Shown here one piece after another: positions 51,830-61,633 of a stretch of DNA of 64,000 nucleotides. This stretch comes from Phenylobacterium sp. (GTDB lineage: Bacteria > Pseudomonadota > Alphaproteobacteria > Caulobacterales > Caulobacteraceae): assembly GCF_036677185.1 (NCBI RefSeq), contig NZ_JAKFEN010000027.1, positions 94,044 through 158,043 of the forward strand, read 5' to 3'. Position 1 is the first letter of the stretch. Each line of letters opens with the position of its first letter. The notes under the pieces are model-generated. The model saw nothing but the letters and a program-made list of their open reading frames with translations. It searched no databases and had not been told where the DNA came from. The translations under genes were made by a program, and so were the position numbers.

Positions 51830-53272
51830 ATGATCGGGCAATGCGCCGTCTCGGCTTTGGCGATGCTGGCGCTGGCTGGCGCCGCCCAGGCGCAGGCCCG
51901 CGCCTATCCCTGGCAACCGGCGCCGAGCTACCCGCTGCAGGCGGTGGATCAGTTCGCGCCGACGCCCGCCGGCGACGTGTTGCCGAAGGATCCGGCGGCG
52001 CGCACGGCGCTGGCGAGGTCCATCGCCATGGACGCGGTGATCTATGGCTTGCCAGCCGTCTATCAGTACCGCGAGCTGTTCCAGCAGGCGCTCGATCCGA
52101 AGAGCCCGCGCTACACCGGCTTCAACCGGTTCGCCCACGACCGGGACCTCGCCGGCCCCGACTACAGGGCGTTCAAGAGCCCCAACTCCGACACGCTCTA
52201 TTCCAACGCCTGGCTGGACCTGACGGCGGGGCCGGTGCTGATCGAAACGCCGGACGTGCCGCTGAAGTACCACACGCTGAACTTCCTCGACATGTTCAGC
52301 AACGCCAGCAACATCGGCACACGCACCTTCGGGTCGAAGGCTGGCCGCTATCTCATCGCCCCCGCCGGCTGGGCGGGCGATGTCCCCGTCGGCGCGAGGC
52401 TATTCCGCGTCGCCACGCCCCACGCCTGGATCCTGATGCGCGTCTTCGCCCAGAAGCCGTCGGAGCTGGCTGAGGCCCGCGCCGTCCAGGACGCGGTGAA
52501 GATCACGCCGCTGACGCGTCCCAACGCTGCCGAGGGCTATCCGCCGCCGGAGATCGACACCGCCGGCGGCTTCCTCAAGGTGCTGGACCACGTCCTGCGC
52601 ACCGACGGTCATCCCGACCAGGAGGACGCCCTCGTCTACCGCTTCCGCACGATCGGCCTCGGCGGTCGCGAGCCCTTCGACCTCGCCCACCTCGACCCCG
52701 AGACCCGCGCCGGCGTCGCCGCCGGCTTCGACGACGCCATGAAGATCATCGTCGCCTCGCGCGCCCAACTGGGCATGCCCACCGGCACGGGCTGGAGCCG
52801 AGTGGAAAAGGCCCGCTACGGCTTCAATTACCTCAGCCGGGCCACGATCAACTATGTGGGCCTGGGGGCCAACGTCGACGCCGAGAACCTCTCCTTCAAC
52901 ACCTTCGTGGACGGCGCCGGCGCCCCGCTCGACGGCGCCAAGGCCGACTATGCCTTCACGCTGAAGCCGCCGCCCCCAGTGAACGCCTTCTGGTCGGTGA
53001 CGCTCTATGACGCCCGCACCCTGGCGCTATATCCCAACGCGCAGAACCGCTACCTCATCAACGACCGCGCGCCTGGCCTGAAGGTGGAGCCCGACGGCGC
53101 CGTGCGGCTGCACATCCAGCACGCCAAACCCAGGTCCGCCACCAACTGGCTGCCGGCGCCCGACGGTCCCTTCTACCTCGTCGTGCGCTCCTACCTGCCC
53201 AAGCCCGAGATGATCTCCGGCGGCTGGCGGCCAGAGCCCGTCGCCGCAACCCCGCACCCCGCACCTCGCTGA
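51830..53272 (+). CDS. DUF1254/DUF1214 domain protein (secreted)
   Basis: 480 aa with a signal peptide. ..AMDAVIYGLPAVYQYR..FNRFAH.R.LA.P.....SPN.DTLYS.AWLDL..GP.. is DUF1254. ..FWSVTLYD......PN...RY.I.DR...L....DG...L.IQ........NWLPAP.GPF.L..R.Y.P.. is DUF1214. Confidence 0.8.
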   Translation: MIGQCAVSALAMLALAGAAQAQARAYPWQPAPSYPLQAVDQFAPTPAGDVLPKDPAARTALARSIAMDAVIYGLPAVYQYRELFQQALDPKSPRYTGFNRFAHDRDLAGPDYRAFKSPNSDTLYSNAWLDLTAGPVLIETPDVPLKYHTLNFLDMFSNASNIGTRTFGSKAGRYLIAPAGWAGDVPVGARLFRVATPHAWILMRVFAQKPSELAEARAVQDAVKITPLTRPNAAEGYPPPEIDTAGGFLKVLDHVLRTDGHPDQEDALVYRFRTIGLGGREPFDLAHLDPETRAGVAAGFDDAMKIIVASRAQLGMPTGTGWSRVEKARYGFNYLSRATINYVGLGANVDAENLSFNTFVDGAGAPLDGAKADYAFTLKPPPPVNAFWSVTLYDARTLALYPNAQNRYLINDRAPGLKVEPDGAVRLHIQHAKPRSATNWLPAPDGPFYLVVRSYLPKPEMISGGWRPEPVAATPHPAPR

Positions 53273-53447
53273 CAGCGGCATCTTTGCTGGGAGGGCTTGG
53301 AGGACCGGTCTGCGCGTCGTCCAAGCCCGCGATCCAGACGACTGGGATGCGCCAGGAGCTGACGTTCGGACCAGGCCGCGAAGCGGGCCACCGAGACAGG
53401 TGTTGGTGACCAGAAAGTCCGGGAATGACAGGCAGGGAGAGGGATCG

Positions 53448-54827
53448 TCAGGCCGTCACGATCGCCTCGAAGTCACCCCGGGACAGCGCATCGTCCGGGA
53501 CAAGGCCCTGATGGCCCGCCACGTAGGGCTGGACGCGCGACATCACCATCGGATCGCCGAACAGCTTGGCGGGCGGATCGAGCAAGTGGTTGAGGCGGGC
53601 CCACCGGCGCGCAAGATCCGGGTCATTGATGGCCAGGGCCCACATGGCGTTGCCGACCGCGGCCATGGGACCCGCCGGTGCGTCCTCGCCCCGGCAGGAC
53701 CGCGCCATCTGCGCGGCCTTGCTGAGGTCGGCCTGGACCGAGCCCGGATACCAGACGTTGATATGCTCGCGAGTCCAGGCTTCAAAGGCGACCGCGTAGC
53801 CCAAAGGATCGGCCGGCTGTTGCTCGATCGTCGCAGCCAGCTGCCGGGCTTGCGCATAGGCCAGCGAGACGCCGCGCGCGAACACCGGGTTGGTGTGCAT
53901 CGCCGCGTCGCCCAGCAACACATAGCCGCTCGCCACCGGGCCCTCGCCGTCGACCAGGCTCCGCAAACGATTGTCGATGCGCCCCAGCGCCAGGGGCTCG
54001 TTGATCGGCGTCGCGATCGACGTCCAGGCCGCCATGGCCGGGATGGCCTCCATCACCGCGTGGAAGCGGTCGGCTTTGGTCAGCGCGCCGCGATACGGGT
54101 CGAAGGTCGAGGTGAGGAAGGCCATGGCGAACGCGCCGTCGTCGCCCTTGAAGGTCGTTGCGCCGCCGTAGGAGAGGTCGACGCTGGAGGCGACCAGCGG
54201 GACCGGGAACACTTCGCCCGCCTTCAGCCTGTAGTGGCGGGTCACATAGACGAACGGGGTTTCGCTAACGTCGTCGCGCCACGGCCGCGCCCCCACAGCC
54301 GCCAGCCATTCCGCGCCCTTGGTCCAGCGTCCGGAGGCGTCGATAACCAGATCGCCCCGGCAGTCCTGTCCCGCGGCGGTGCGCAGGCCGATGACGCGCG
54401 GCGGGGAGCTTCCGGGCTCAGCGATCAGGCCGTCCACCGTGGCGCCGCGATGGATCCGGACGCGGGTCTCGGCGGCGACCGCCTGTCGAAGCACGGCCTC
54501 ATAGACGAGCCGCCGGACCGCGAGCAGCTTCACCTGCGGCAGGGGGTGGTTCGTCATGTCGATCACCGACGCGCCCGCCTCGACAAGGCGATCGAGCACA
54601 TCCGGCGCTTCGGTCTTGAGCACTTCGCTCGAGAGGCCCAGGAAGCCGTGGCCCTGCCGCGCCTGGGGCAGGCCGCGCCGAGTCCAGGACGCGAACGCCG
54701 ATGGTGGGTCGGCAGGCGGGTCATCGCCGTCGCGCTCGAACAGATCGACCTCATGGCCGCGCCGCGCCAGGAAGAGCGCGCACGCCAACCCCCCAAGCCC
54801 TGCGCCGATGATCACCGCGTGCGTCAT
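53448..54827 (-). CDS. FAD-dependent oxidoreductase/monooxygenase
   Basis: The ATG at 54827 gives MTHAVIIGAGLGGLACALFLARRGHEVDLFERD (GxGxxG beta-alpha-beta). A later ..LLGDAAMHTNPVFARGVS matches the GD..H motif of flavoprotein monooxygenases. Confidence 0.75.
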   Translation of the reverse strand: MTHAVIIGAGLGGLACALFLARRGHEVDLFERDGDDPPADPPSAFASWTRRGLPQARQGHGFLGLSSEVLKTEAPDVLDRLVEAGASVIDMTNHPLPQVKLLAVRRLVYEAVLRQAVAAETRVRIHRGATVDGLIAEPGSSPPRVIGLRTAAGQDCRGDLVIDASGRWTKGAEWLAAVGARPWRDDVSETPFVYVTRHYRLKAGEVFPVPLVASSVDLSYGGATTFKGDDGAFAMAFLTSTFDPYRGALTKADRFHAVMEAIPAMAAWTSIATPINEPLALGRIDNRLRSLVDGEGPVASGYVLLGDAAMHTNPVFARGVSLAYAQARQLAATIEQQPADPLGYAVAFEAWTREHINVWYPGSVQADLSKAAQMARSCRGEDAPAGPMAAVGNAMWALAINDPDLARRWARLNHLLDPPAKLFGDPMVMSRVQPYVAGHQGLVPDDALSRGDFEAIVTA

Positions 54828-54958
54828 GCAAACCCCCACCCGCCGCCGCGCCGAGGGGCCACGGGGTCATTTCAGAACTGGCTTTGTCAGATGAGGCGCC
54901 GCGTCAGCGATGAGCAGGAGGCCGCGCCTGAAGACCTGTCGTCGATGGCGCCCCGGGC

Positions 54959-55459
54959 CTAGCTGCTGTCGGTGCGGGCCAACTGCACGGTCGCGATGCG
55001 CTCCGCGAGCGGCGAGCGGCTGAGTTCTCCGGAGGCTTCCAGCACCTTGGCCGCGAGGTCGCAGCCGAGCTTGTCGAACATGTCCTCGTAGGCCACCTCG
55101 ATCAGGTCGAGGATCTCCTTGAGCTTGACCAGCTGGGTATAGCCCTTCGGAGTGATCTTCAGGAGCTTGCGCCGCGCATCGTGCGGGTCGCTTACGCGCG
55201 CGACGATCTTGAGAGACACGAGGGCATCGACATGGTGGGTCACCAGCTGGTGCGCCTGGTTCAGCGCCTTGGCCACGTCCGCCGCAGTCATCGGCCCATG
55301 CTTCATCAGCATGAGGATGATAGGTGCGGCCCGGGTGGAAAGCTCGACCCCCGCTTCGCGCAAGACTTGTTGGGCCTGCTCGACGATCTGCGCCGACAGC
55401 TGATCGATCGAATTGCCCAGAAACACCCTGCGAAGGGGGGCCTCACTTAAACTCGCCAT
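54959..55459 (-). CDS. MarR-family transcriptional regulator
   Basis: 166 aa with the winged helix ..GPMTAADVAKALNQAHQLVTHHVDALVSLKIVARVSDPHDARRKLLKITPKG.. Confidence 0.85.
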   Translation of the reverse strand: MASLSEAPLRRVFLGNSIDQLSAQIVEQAQQVLREAGVELSTRAAPIILMLMKHGPMTAADVAKALNQAHQLVTHHVDALVSLKIVARVSDPHDARRKLLKITPKGYTQLVKLKEILDLIEVAYEDMFDKLGCDLAAKVLEASGELSRSPLAERIATVQLARTDSS

Positions 55460-55482
55460 GTCGCCCTCGCAATTCTACGCAC

Positions 55483-55494
55483 ATTTGTACAAAT
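55483..55494. promoter_or_regulatory. Perfect 12-bp palindrome, candidate MarR operator
   Basis: ATTTGTACAAAT lies 24 nt upstream of the MarR start, in an AT-rich patch (ctacgcacATTTGTACAAATatccgtatatatcc). Confidence 0.4.
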
Positions 55495-55727
55495 ATCCGT
55501 ATATATCCGGCCGTCAAGGGCGGCGGAAGCAGAAGGAGGCCTGAGCGCGGGTCTAGTGGACCTTTGTCGCCTGCTGGTTTTGCGACGCTTGACCACGAAG
55601 CGGACCTTCCGAACTTCGCCTTGGAGTCAGGTTCCGTCATTGGGCGGCGCCTGGCTCTCGAACCCGAGCTCGCTGTGCAAGGTGCCCAGAGTGGACATCC
55701 CGAACGACCGCAACGAGCCCGAAGCGG

Positions 55728-55997
55728 TTGAGGCGCCGATGGATGTTGGTGGCGGCGAGTTCTGGGCCGACCCCGTCAGGCGCCCTGAGCGTCCGGACCC
55801 ACGCCGCCTTCGTCGAGCTGGCGCGGGTGGACCGCGCCAAGGCCCTACTGGAGACCTCGGACTGGCCCCTGGCGCGGGCGGCGGAGCGGGCCGGATTCGG
55901 CAGCTTGGACGCCCTGCACCGAGCCTTCCTGCGACGCCTGAACGCGACGCCGGGCGAGTACCGGCAGCGGTTCAACGCCGTGTCGCGGAGGGTCTAG
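55728..55997 (+). pseudogene. Remnant of an AraC/GlxA-family regulator (C-terminal HTH only)
   Basis: The 89-aa ORF ends ..FVELARVDRAKALLETSDWPLARAAERAGFGSLDALHRAFLRRLNATPGEYRQRF, the second AraC HTH. No N-terminal domain is present. The upstream sequence gives no continuous frame. Confidence 0.5.
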
Positions 55998-56001
55998 GCT
56001 A

Positions 56002-56652
56002 TCAGCCGCTCGAGGCGGCGATGAAGACCGCGTATTGCGCGTCGAACGCGCGCTTGTAGGCGGGCCGCGCTTCGGCGCGGGTAATATAGGCGGCGAGGTT
56101 CGGATATTCGTCCACAAGGCCCGATCCGCCCAACCTCTGCAGCACCGACACCATCATCAGGTCGCCGGCGCTGAACGCACCGTCGAGCCAGTCGGCGTCG
56201 CCAAGGCGATTGGAAAGTTCGCCCAGTCGGGCGCGCACGCGACCATCGAGAATAGGCAGGCGTTCCTCGTACCAGCTCTTGCCGCGGTCCACGAGCGTCG
56301 CCATTGACCGATCCACGATCGGCGGCTCCACCGTGCTGAGCGCGGCGAACATCCATGTGATGGCGCGCGCCCGGGCGTTCGCCTCGTCCGGCAGCAGGCC
56401 CGCATGGCGCTCGGCGATATGGAACACGATGGCGCCGGACTCGAAGAGCGCGAGGCCGCCGTCTTCATAGGTTGGGATCTGCCCGAAGGGATGAAGCGCC
56501 AGATGCGCGGGCTCCTTCATCTCAGCGAATGTGACCAGGCGAACGTCGTAGGCCTGGCCGGCTTCTTCGAACGCCCAGCGAACGCGCATGTCACGCGCCA
56601 GTCCCCTGCCGCGATCGGGTGAGCTTTTGAAGGCGGTGATGGTGGGGCTCAT
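56002..56652 (-). CDS. Glutathione S-transferase (paralogue 2)
   Basis: 216 aa: MSPTITAFKSSPDRGRGLARDMRVRWAFEEAGQAYDVRLV..FGQIPTYEDGGLALFESGAIVFHIA.. It is collinear with the GST at 40778. Confidence 0.85.
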   Translation of the reverse strand: MSPTITAFKSSPDRGRGLARDMRVRWAFEEAGQAYDVRLVTFAEMKEPAHLALHPFGQIPTYEDGGLALFESGAIVFHIAERHAGLLPDEANARARAITWMFAALSTVEPPIVDRSMATLVDRGKSWYEERLPILDGRVRARLGELSNRLGDADWLDGAFSAGDLMMVSVLQRLGGSGLVDEYPNLAAYITRAEARPAYKRAFDAQYAVFIAASSG

Positions 56653-56682
56653 ATTCTCTCTCCGGGCTCTTCGTATCCCCAG

Positions 56683-56709
56683 GACGAACGACCGGTCGGC
56701 CTCACGACA
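56683..56709 (-). promoter_or_regulatory. ECF-type promoter candidate TGTCG-N18-CGTCC upstream of GST paralogue 2
   Basis: The minus strand reads TGTCGTgaggccgaccggtcgttCGTCCTGGG, inside the 90-nt gap between the sigma-factor stop (56743) and the GST ATG (56652). Confidence 0.45.
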
Positions 56710-56742
56710 TGCGCTCGAGTCTTTTCTCGCGGACCCGCCCGC

Positions 56743-57999
56743 CTAAACCCGATCCGCGCCCTCGGTGAGCTGGTCCAGGTGCAGGCGGATGTGGGCGGCT
56801 TCGGCGGCGGTGTGGGCGAGCGAGATGGCCTGGTCGAAGGCGGTGCGGGCCTCGCCGTTGCGGCCGAGCTGCTTGAGCAGCGCGCCCTTGAGGCCGAAAT
56901 AGTGGAAATAGCCCGACAGCCGCGTGGCCAGGGGCTCGATCATCTCCAGGGCCGCCTGCGGCCCGGCCACCTTGGAGACCGCCACGGCGCGGTTGAGGGT
57001 GACCACCGGCGAGGGCGTCAGCACTTCCAGGGTGGCGTACAGCAGGTCGATCTGAGCCCAGTCGGTGTCTTCGGCCTTGGCGGCGCGGGCGTGCAAGGCG
57101 GCGATGGCGGCCTGGACCTGGTAGGGGCCGGGGGTGCGGTGGCGGATGGCCTTGTCGATCAAGGCCAGGCCCTCGGCGATATGGCGGGAATTCCACCGGG
57201 AGCGATCCTGATCGGCCAGCAGGACCGCCATGCCCTCGGCGTCGAAGCGGGCGGCGACGCGGGCGTGCTGCAGCAACATCAGCGCCGTCAGCCCCATGAT
57301 CTCCGGGTCCGAGGGGAAGAGCCGCAGCAGCAGGCGGGCCAGGCGGATCGCCTCGTCGCAGAGCGGGGCGCGGCGTTCGGCCTCGTCGCCGCCAGCGGCC
57401 GAATAGCCCTCGTTGAACACCAAGTAGATCATCGCCGCCACCGCTGTCAGCCGCGCGGCGCGCTCGTCCGGCGTCGGGTTCTCGAAGGCTACCCCGGCCT
57501 TGGCGATGCGGCCCTTGGCGCGGGTGATCCGCTGCTCCATGGCGCTCTCGCTCACGAGGAAGGCGCGGGCGACCTGGCGCACCGACAGGCCCGAGACGAT
57601 GCGCAGGGCCACGGCGATCTGCTGGGTGGCCGGCAGGTCCGGATGGCAGCAGATGAACAGCAGCCGCAGGATGTCGTCGCGATAATGGGCGCCGTCCAGG
57701 CGCTCGGCCATGTCCGCCTCGGCGTCCTCGAGGTCGGAAATCGCCGCCTCGTCGGGCAGCTCGGTCTGCTTGTTGCGGCGACGCGCGGCGTCGATGCCGG
57801 AGTTGCGCCCCACCAGGATCAGCCAGGCGGCCGGGTCGCGGGGCGGTCCGTTCCCCGGCCAGGACTTCAGCGCCCGCAGGCAGGCGTCCTGGAATGCCTC
57901 CTCGGCGGTGTCCAGGTCGCGGAAATAGCGCAGCAGGGCGCCCATGGCCTGGGGCCGGGCGGAGGTCAGCGCCGCGTCGATCCAGCCGATATCGCTCAT
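56743..57999 (-). CDS. ECF sigma factor with a long C-terminal TPR-like extension (COG4941 / ECF42-like)
   Basis: 418 aa. The sigma2 region is ..AEEAFQDACLRALKSWP..G.P.DPAAWL..VGRN..ID..RR. The sigma4 region is ..ALRIVSGLSVRQVARAFLVSESAMEQRITRAK. The diagnostic ..VFNEGYSA.. follows, then an approximately 200-aa helical extension. It is preceded by a YciI/DGPF gene with an ATGA overlap. Confidence 0.8.
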   Translation of the reverse strand: MSDIGWIDAALTSARPQAMGALLRYFRDLDTAEEAFQDACLRALKSWPGNGPPRDPAAWLILVGRNSGIDAARRRNKQTELPDEAAISDLEDAEADMAERLDGAHYRDDILRLLFICCHPDLPATQQIAVALRIVSGLSVRQVARAFLVSESAMEQRITRAKGRIAKAGVAFENPTPDERAARLTAVAAMIYLVFNEGYSAAGGDEAERRAPLCDEAIRLARLLLRLFPSDPEIMGLTALMLLQHARVAARFDAEGMAVLLADQDRSRWNSRHIAEGLALIDKAIRHRTPGPYQVQAAIAALHARAAKAEDTDWAQIDLLYATLEVLTPSPVVTLNRAVAVSKVAGPQAALEMIEPLATRLSGYFHYFGLKGALLKQLGRNGEARTAFDQAISLAHTAAEAAHIRLHLDQLTEGADRV

Positions 58000-58391
58000 G
58001 GGAGGGGCTTCTGAAGCAGAAGCGTCTGGGGCAGGTTCAGGCTCATGGTGTCGATCGGCCGGATCTCATAGGCGCCGCCGGATGGGTTGGCCCCGGCGAG
58101 CTCCAGGGCGGTCTCGATGGCCTGTTCGAGGTCGACGCAGTCGACCACGTAGAAGCCGAGCAACTGTTCCTTGGTCTCGGCGAAGGGGCCGTCCAGCACG
58201 ACGTTCTTACGGCTCTTGCGCAGGGTGGTGGCCGAGGTCGTGGGCAACAGGCGCGCGGTGGGACCGAGCCGCCCTTCCCTCATGAGCCTGCCCTCAACGA
58301 CGGCCAGTCTTCCCATGACAGCCCTTTCCTCTTCCAGGGTCCAGGCCCCGACGGCGTCCTCGCAACTGTAGCAAAGTATCGCGTAGCGCAT
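57996..58391 (-). CDS. YciI-like (DGPF-domain) protein
   Basis: The ATG at 58391 gives MRYAILCYSCEDAVGAWTLEEERAVMGRL....L...G.L......L......TT.R.......V.DGPFAETKEQLLGFYVVDC.DL..A.E.A. The ORF-track start at 58565 is over-extended. Confidence 0.8.
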   Translation of the reverse strand: MRYAILCYSCEDAVGAWTLEEERAVMGRLAVVEGRLMREGRLGPTARLLPTTSATTLRKSRKNVVLDGPFAETKEQLLGFYVVDCVDLEQAIETALELAGANPSGGAYEIRPIDTMSLNLPQTLLLQKPLP

Positions 58392-58413
58392 CCGACCGCC
58401 TCGTTTCCCGAAG

Positions 58414-58440
58414 GACGGCCGAGGATGGCTGGCGCCGACA
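58414..58440 (-). promoter_or_regulatory. ECF-type promoter candidate TGTCG-N18-CGTCC upstream of the yciI-sigma operon
   Basis: The minus strand reads TGTCGGcgccagccatcctcggcCGTCCTTCGG. The -10 element lies 23 nt upstream of the yciI ATG. Confidence 0.45.
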
Positions 58441-58450
58441 AGGACGCTCC

Positions 58451-58492
58451 AAGAAAAAGCGAGGCGGCGGAAGGGTCGCCCCCTCCGCCGCC
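58451..58492 (-). terminator. Rho-independent terminator after the TonB-dependent receptor gene
   Basis: The minus strand reads GGCGGCGGAgggggcgacccttTCCGCCGCC followed by tcgCTTTTTCTT, 24 nt after the stop. Confidence 0.6.
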
Positions 58493-58515
58493 CCGCTCCC
58501 CACGAAAGTCGCCGA

Positions 58516-61386
58516 CTATTGGCGGTAGCTGAGCCGCATGTAGAAGAAGCGGCCCGGGGCGTCATAGGCGTTGGGATCGTAGTTGTTCAGGCCGCAGCTG
58601 ACGCAGCCCGGCGGGTCCTTCTCGAACAGGTTGTTGACCCCGGCCGCCAGGGTGACCCGCTCGTCGAGGAAGGCCGGCTCCCAGCGCACCTGGGCGTCGA
58701 CATAGGTCCGGGCGCCGAGCTTGTTGACCACGGTGGTCTCGTCGATCGAGGAGATGTGGCGCAGGGCCGCCGTCGCGCCCCATTCGCCGCGGTCCCAGTC
58801 CAGCATCAGGGTCGACTTGGTCTTGGGATAGGCCTGGTCCGGGCTGCCCTTCTCCGTGCCCTCGCGCTCGACCGGCGCCAGGCCGGTGGAGGTCGGGACG
58901 AACTCGGTGAACTCCAGCAGGAAGGTGGTGTACCAGCGCAGGCCGAAGGTCCCGACGCTGGTCTCCGGCGAGGTGTAGTTGAGGTTCACGTCGACGGCGC
59001 GGGTCTTGATGCCGCCGATATTGATCAGCGGGTTGGAGATCGCGGCCACCTGGCCCGAGGCGGTGCGGGTGATGGTGGCGCAGGCCACCGCGTCGGCCGT
59101 CTGGGCGCAGCGGTCCAGCAGGCTCTGGCCGTTCTGGGCCTGGATCGCCTGGTCGAGCTCGATCTTGGAATAGACCACCTCGATCGAGCCGCCATTGGCC
59201 CAGCTGGCGCCCTTCAGCGCGCTGGGCTCCCAGACGAAGCTGTAGTTTTCGCTCTCGCTGGTCTCCGGAGCCAGGTTGCGGTTGCCGCTGGTGATCACCG
59301 AGACCTGCGGGTTGAGCTGCACGTAGCTGCCGTTGGCCGGTACGCCGCGGGCGATGCAGTTGGCCTGCACCGTGGCGCTGGCGGCGGGCGGGCCGCCGGG
59401 CTGCAGGTTGAGCATGTCCGAACAGGGGTCGACCACCTCCTGGTCGAACCGCGAGGCGGTGCCGAACAGCTCGCCGATGGCCGGGGCCCGGAAGCCCTCG
59501 CCCCAGGACGCGCGCAGCAGCACGTCTTCGACCGGCTTCCAGGTGAGGCCCGCCTTGTAGGTGGCGTCCTTGCCCGAGGTCGAATAGTCGAACCAGCGGC
59601 CGGCCAGGGAGACGTCCAGCTTGTGGAACATGGGCATGTCCGCCAGCAGCGGCACGCGCACCTCGCCGTAGAACTCGTCGATGGTGATCGAGCCCCGGGC
59701 CGGCTGGGCCGGTATGTCGGAGGAGAGCCCGGCGACCACCAGGGGGTCGGGCTGGAAGAAGCCCTCGGTCTCGCGGTGCTCATATCCGGCGGCGAAGGCC
59801 AGGGCCCCCGCCGGCAGGTCGAACAGGTCGCCGGTCAGGTTGGCGCTGAAGTCCCGCAGTTCCTGCTGCGAGACGTCCTGCTGGGTGAAGGCGATGAAGT
59901 TCAGCATCGCCGGGGTGATGGTCCCCGCCCCCCCGAAGATGTTGAGCGGCACGCAGGAGCCGGTGCAGCCGGCGAGCGGACCTAGCGCCTGCTGCACGCG
60001 CTGGGCGTTGACGTTGCCGGTGAAGGTCTGCTCGGCGCGGTTGCGCGACCAGACATAGTTGGCGTCCCAGAACCAGGTCCTGGATCCCAGCGGAATCTCG
60101 CCGGCCAGGGTGGTGGTGATGTTCCAGGTGTTGACGGTCTGCTCATAGTGGCGCGGCCCGTTCTCCACCAGGCGGCGGCCGATGAAGGCGTAGGTGCCCG
60201 GCTGCAAGGAGAAACCGAACGGATTGAAGGGATTGGTGGCGTCGACCGCGATGGTGTCGAGCAGGTTGCCGTTGCCGGCGTCCGGGCCGACGAACAGCGG
60301 CAGGGGCGCGGCCTGGTTGGCGGACTTGCGTTCCACATAGCTGCCGCGCACCCGCAGGCGAAGGCTGTCGCTGAACTCCTGGGTCAGGTTTCCGAACAGG
60401 CTGAGGCGCTCGGACGGGGTGACGATGTAGTTGTAGGGCTGGAAGTTGAAGCGATCGATGGTGGCGAAGGGCTTGTAGCTGCCGGCGGCCCCGGTGGGGT
60501 CGCCGGGGATGTAGGTCGGCCGAACCCCCGGCGACAGCGCCGCCTTCAGGGTCATGTCGAGATCCTGGCCGGTGTTCGGGTCGCTGATGATGAAGCGGCC
60601 GAGCGGGGTGCCGGAGCTGCATCCGCCGCCCAGGCAGGAGGTGGCGAACGGGCTGGGGAACCGCGAGATGTCGCGGTCGGCGGCATAGACCGGGTCCTGC
60701 TTGAAATAGCCGCCTCCGACGACCACCCGCAGGTTGTCCTGATTGACGCCCCAGGAGACCGTGTAGTCCTGGCTGAAGCCGTCGCCGTCGCCATAGCCGC
60801 CGAAATTGGCCGTGGCCTGCAGACCCTCCTGGCGATCCTTGGTGATGATGTTGACCACCCCGGCGATGGCGTCGGAGCCGTAGATCGGCGAGGCGCCTTC
60901 CTGCAGCACCTCGACCCGCCCGATCATGCCGGTCGGGATGGTGTTGAGGTCGACGGAGCCCGGCACGCCGGAAGCCGCCGCGCCGCTGACCCAGCGCAGG
61001 CCGTCGACCAGCACCAGGACCCGGCGCGAGCTCAGATAGCGCAGGTCGATTTCGGCCGACCCGGCGCCGACCCCGCCGCCATCCGGCGGATTGCCGAAGT
61101 TGCCGGAGTTGTTGAACTTGGAATTGAGACCGCCGCCCGCCGAGGGGATCCGCTGCAGGACGTCGGCGGTGGAGGTGAGGCCCGTCTTGGCGATGGCCTC
61201 CTGGTCGATCTGGACGATCGGCTGGGCCTGGTCCAGCGGACTGGTCCGGATCCGCGAGCCGGTGACGACGATTTCCTCGACGGCCGTGCCCTGGTCCCTG
61301 GCCTGGGCTGCCGCCGCCTGCGGCGTTGCGGCCATAGCTGTGACGGCTAGAGAGGCCAAGCCTCCCGTTAGGCGCTTCATGATCAC
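58516..61386 (-). CDS. TonB-dependent outer-membrane receptor
   Basis: 956 aa with a signal peptide and a TonB box/plug (..[42 protein letters not shown]..). It has a long beta-barrel and ends ..[12 protein letters not shown] (terminal aromatic-x pattern). Confidence 0.9.
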   Translation of the reverse strand: MIMKRLTGGLASLAVTAMAATPQAAAAQARDQGTAVEEIVVTGSRIRTSPLDQAQPIVQIDQEAIAKTGLTSTADVLQRIPSAGGGLNSKFNNSGNFGNPPDGGGVGAGSAEIDLRYLSSRRVLVLVDGLRWVSGAAASGVPGSVDLNTIPTGMIGRVEVLQEGASPIYGSDAIAGVVNIITKDRQEGLQATANFGGYGDGDGFSQDYTVSWGVNQDNLRVVVGGGYFKQDPVYAADRDISRFPSPFATSCLGGGCSSGTPLGRFIISDPNTGQDLDMTLKAALSPGVRPTYIPGDPTGAAGSYKPFATIDRFNFQPYNYIVTPSERLSLFGNLTQEFSDSLRLRVRGSYVERKSANQAAPLPLFVGPDAGNGNLLDTIAVDATNPFNPFGFSLQPGTYAFIGRRLVENGPRHYEQTVNTWNITTTLAGEIPLGSRTWFWDANYVWSRNRAEQTFTGNVNAQRVQQALGPLAGCTGSCVPLNIFGGAGTITPAMLNFIAFTQQDVSQQELRDFSANLTGDLFDLPAGALAFAAGYEHRETEGFFQPDPLVVAGLSSDIPAQPARGSITIDEFYGEVRVPLLADMPMFHKLDVSLAGRWFDYSTSGKDATYKAGLTWKPVEDVLLRASWGEGFRAPAIGELFGTASRFDQEVVDPCSDMLNLQPGGPPAASATVQANCIARGVPANGSYVQLNPQVSVITSGNRNLAPETSESENYSFVWEPSALKGASWANGGSIEVVYSKIELDQAIQAQNGQSLLDRCAQTADAVACATITRTASGQVAAISNPLINIGGIKTRAVDVNLNYTSPETSVGTFGLRWYTTFLLEFTEFVPTSTGLAPVEREGTEKGSPDQAYPKTKSTLMLDWDRGEWGATAALRHISSIDETTVVNKLGARTYVDAQVRWEPAFLDERVTLAAGVNNLFEKDPPGCVSCGLNNYDPNAYDAPGRFFYMRLSYRQ

Positions 61387-61596
61387 CTCCCCAGGTGCGA
61401 GGCGCAGTCCTAACGGCGAGCGCTAGTGAGAGCGCCTTCTTTGATTGATTTGGTAATGCCGTAGTTACTCGCCGGAGGATGGGGGGCGCGTCGCAAAACT
61501 GTCAAGTTGTTCGACGGATATGGCCCGCGAGCGCATAAAATTGCACTCGTCCAGCAGTCTCGGGGAAGGTTTTGGTGGTTTCGCAACCCAAGCGAT

Positions 61597-61621
61597 CCCC
61601 TCTCCCGTCGCGGGAGAGGGG
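61597..61621. repeat. Half-element of the palindromic repeat family, terminator-like hairpin after the OMP gene
   Basis: CCCCTCTCCCG-tcg-CGGGAGAGGGG lies 13 nt downstream of the stop at 61634 on the minus strand. There is no U-tract. Its sequence is related to the inner hairpins of copies A and B. Confidence 0.45.
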
Positions 61622-61633
61622 CGCTCCAGAGTC

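Noticed and set aside
61387-61633. Riboswitch (cobalamin/TPP) in the TonB-dependent receptor leader.
   Set aside because: I could not find the B12-box or the TPP CUGAGA/ACCUGA motifs by eye. Only a promoter-like TTGACA and a weak palindrome are present.
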